From NCBI GenBank assembly GCA_036276435.1, contig DASUOW010000083.1, positions 1-36,189 of the forward strand: a stretch of DNA of 36,189 nt. Reading direction: 5' to 3'. This stretch comes from Gemmatimonadales bacterium. Lineage in GTDB: Bacteria; Gemmatimonadota; Gemmatimonadetes; Gemmatimonadales; GWC2-71-9. Of this stretch, positions 36,186-36,189 are shown piece after piece. The translations under genes and the position numbers were made by a program. The notes under the pieces were generated by a model, which saw only the letters and a program-made list of their open reading frames with translations, searched no databases and was not told where the DNA came from. Each line of letters starts with the position of its first letter. Position 1 is the stretch's first letter.

Positions 36186-36189
36186 GACC

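Overview
Very GC-rich (by eye about 70% G+C, third codon positions almost saturated with G/C) bacterial chromosomal window. It is densely coding on both strands, with about 36 protein genes. I saw no rRNA, tRNA, CRISPR array, IS/transposase, integrase or prophage signature. The gene content suggests a soil Gemmatimonadota- or Acidobacteria-like organism, but that is inference only: many secreted peptidases, a fused E1 alpha/beta dehydrogenase, a YVTN propeller lipoprotein, a Ser/Thr kinase with a 2TM module, and ytxJ.

Most long ORFs in the six-frame track are antisense or out-of-frame shadows typical of high-GC DNA. Several listed ORFs also carry spurious 5' extensions, which I trimmed using signal peptides, SD-like motifs, 4-nt start/stop overlaps and third-position GC.

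Recognisable genes, in order:
- fadJ/fadB-like gene (partial), ytxJ, and an HExxH lipoprotein
- two M28 peptidases
- a SARP/BTAD-AAA regulator
- proline dehydrogenase and rsgA
- a MazG-like / GNAT / nitrilase-superfamily gene string
- a four-gene minor (pseudo)pilin operon
- an amidohydrolase, a fused 2-oxoacid dehydrogenase E1 alpha/beta, and an OMP-like barrel
- a Ser/Thr kinase and lon
- a TrmB-like regulator divergent from a GH1-like gene
- cytochrome c, pfk, prolyl oligopeptidase, and a DoxX-like gene
- a pentapeptide / YVTN / JAB-like secreted cluster

The strongest hunt result is an unannotated 76-codon SelW/Rdx-family gene at 30320-30550. It has an in-frame TGA exactly at the CxxU redox position and a GGUC-loop hairpin downstream, so it is a likely selenoprotein that the ORF track splits and misses.

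Other observations:
- two related nested palindromic intergenic elements sharing an AGCGAAG / TCGCTGCGCT core
- a translationally coupled nitrilase-GNAT pair
- an orphan minor-pilin operon
- an unusual kinase C-terminal architecture
- candidate operator and promoter sites

I cannot point to a clearly new multi-gene system with confidence. The candidates are flagged with modest interest scores.
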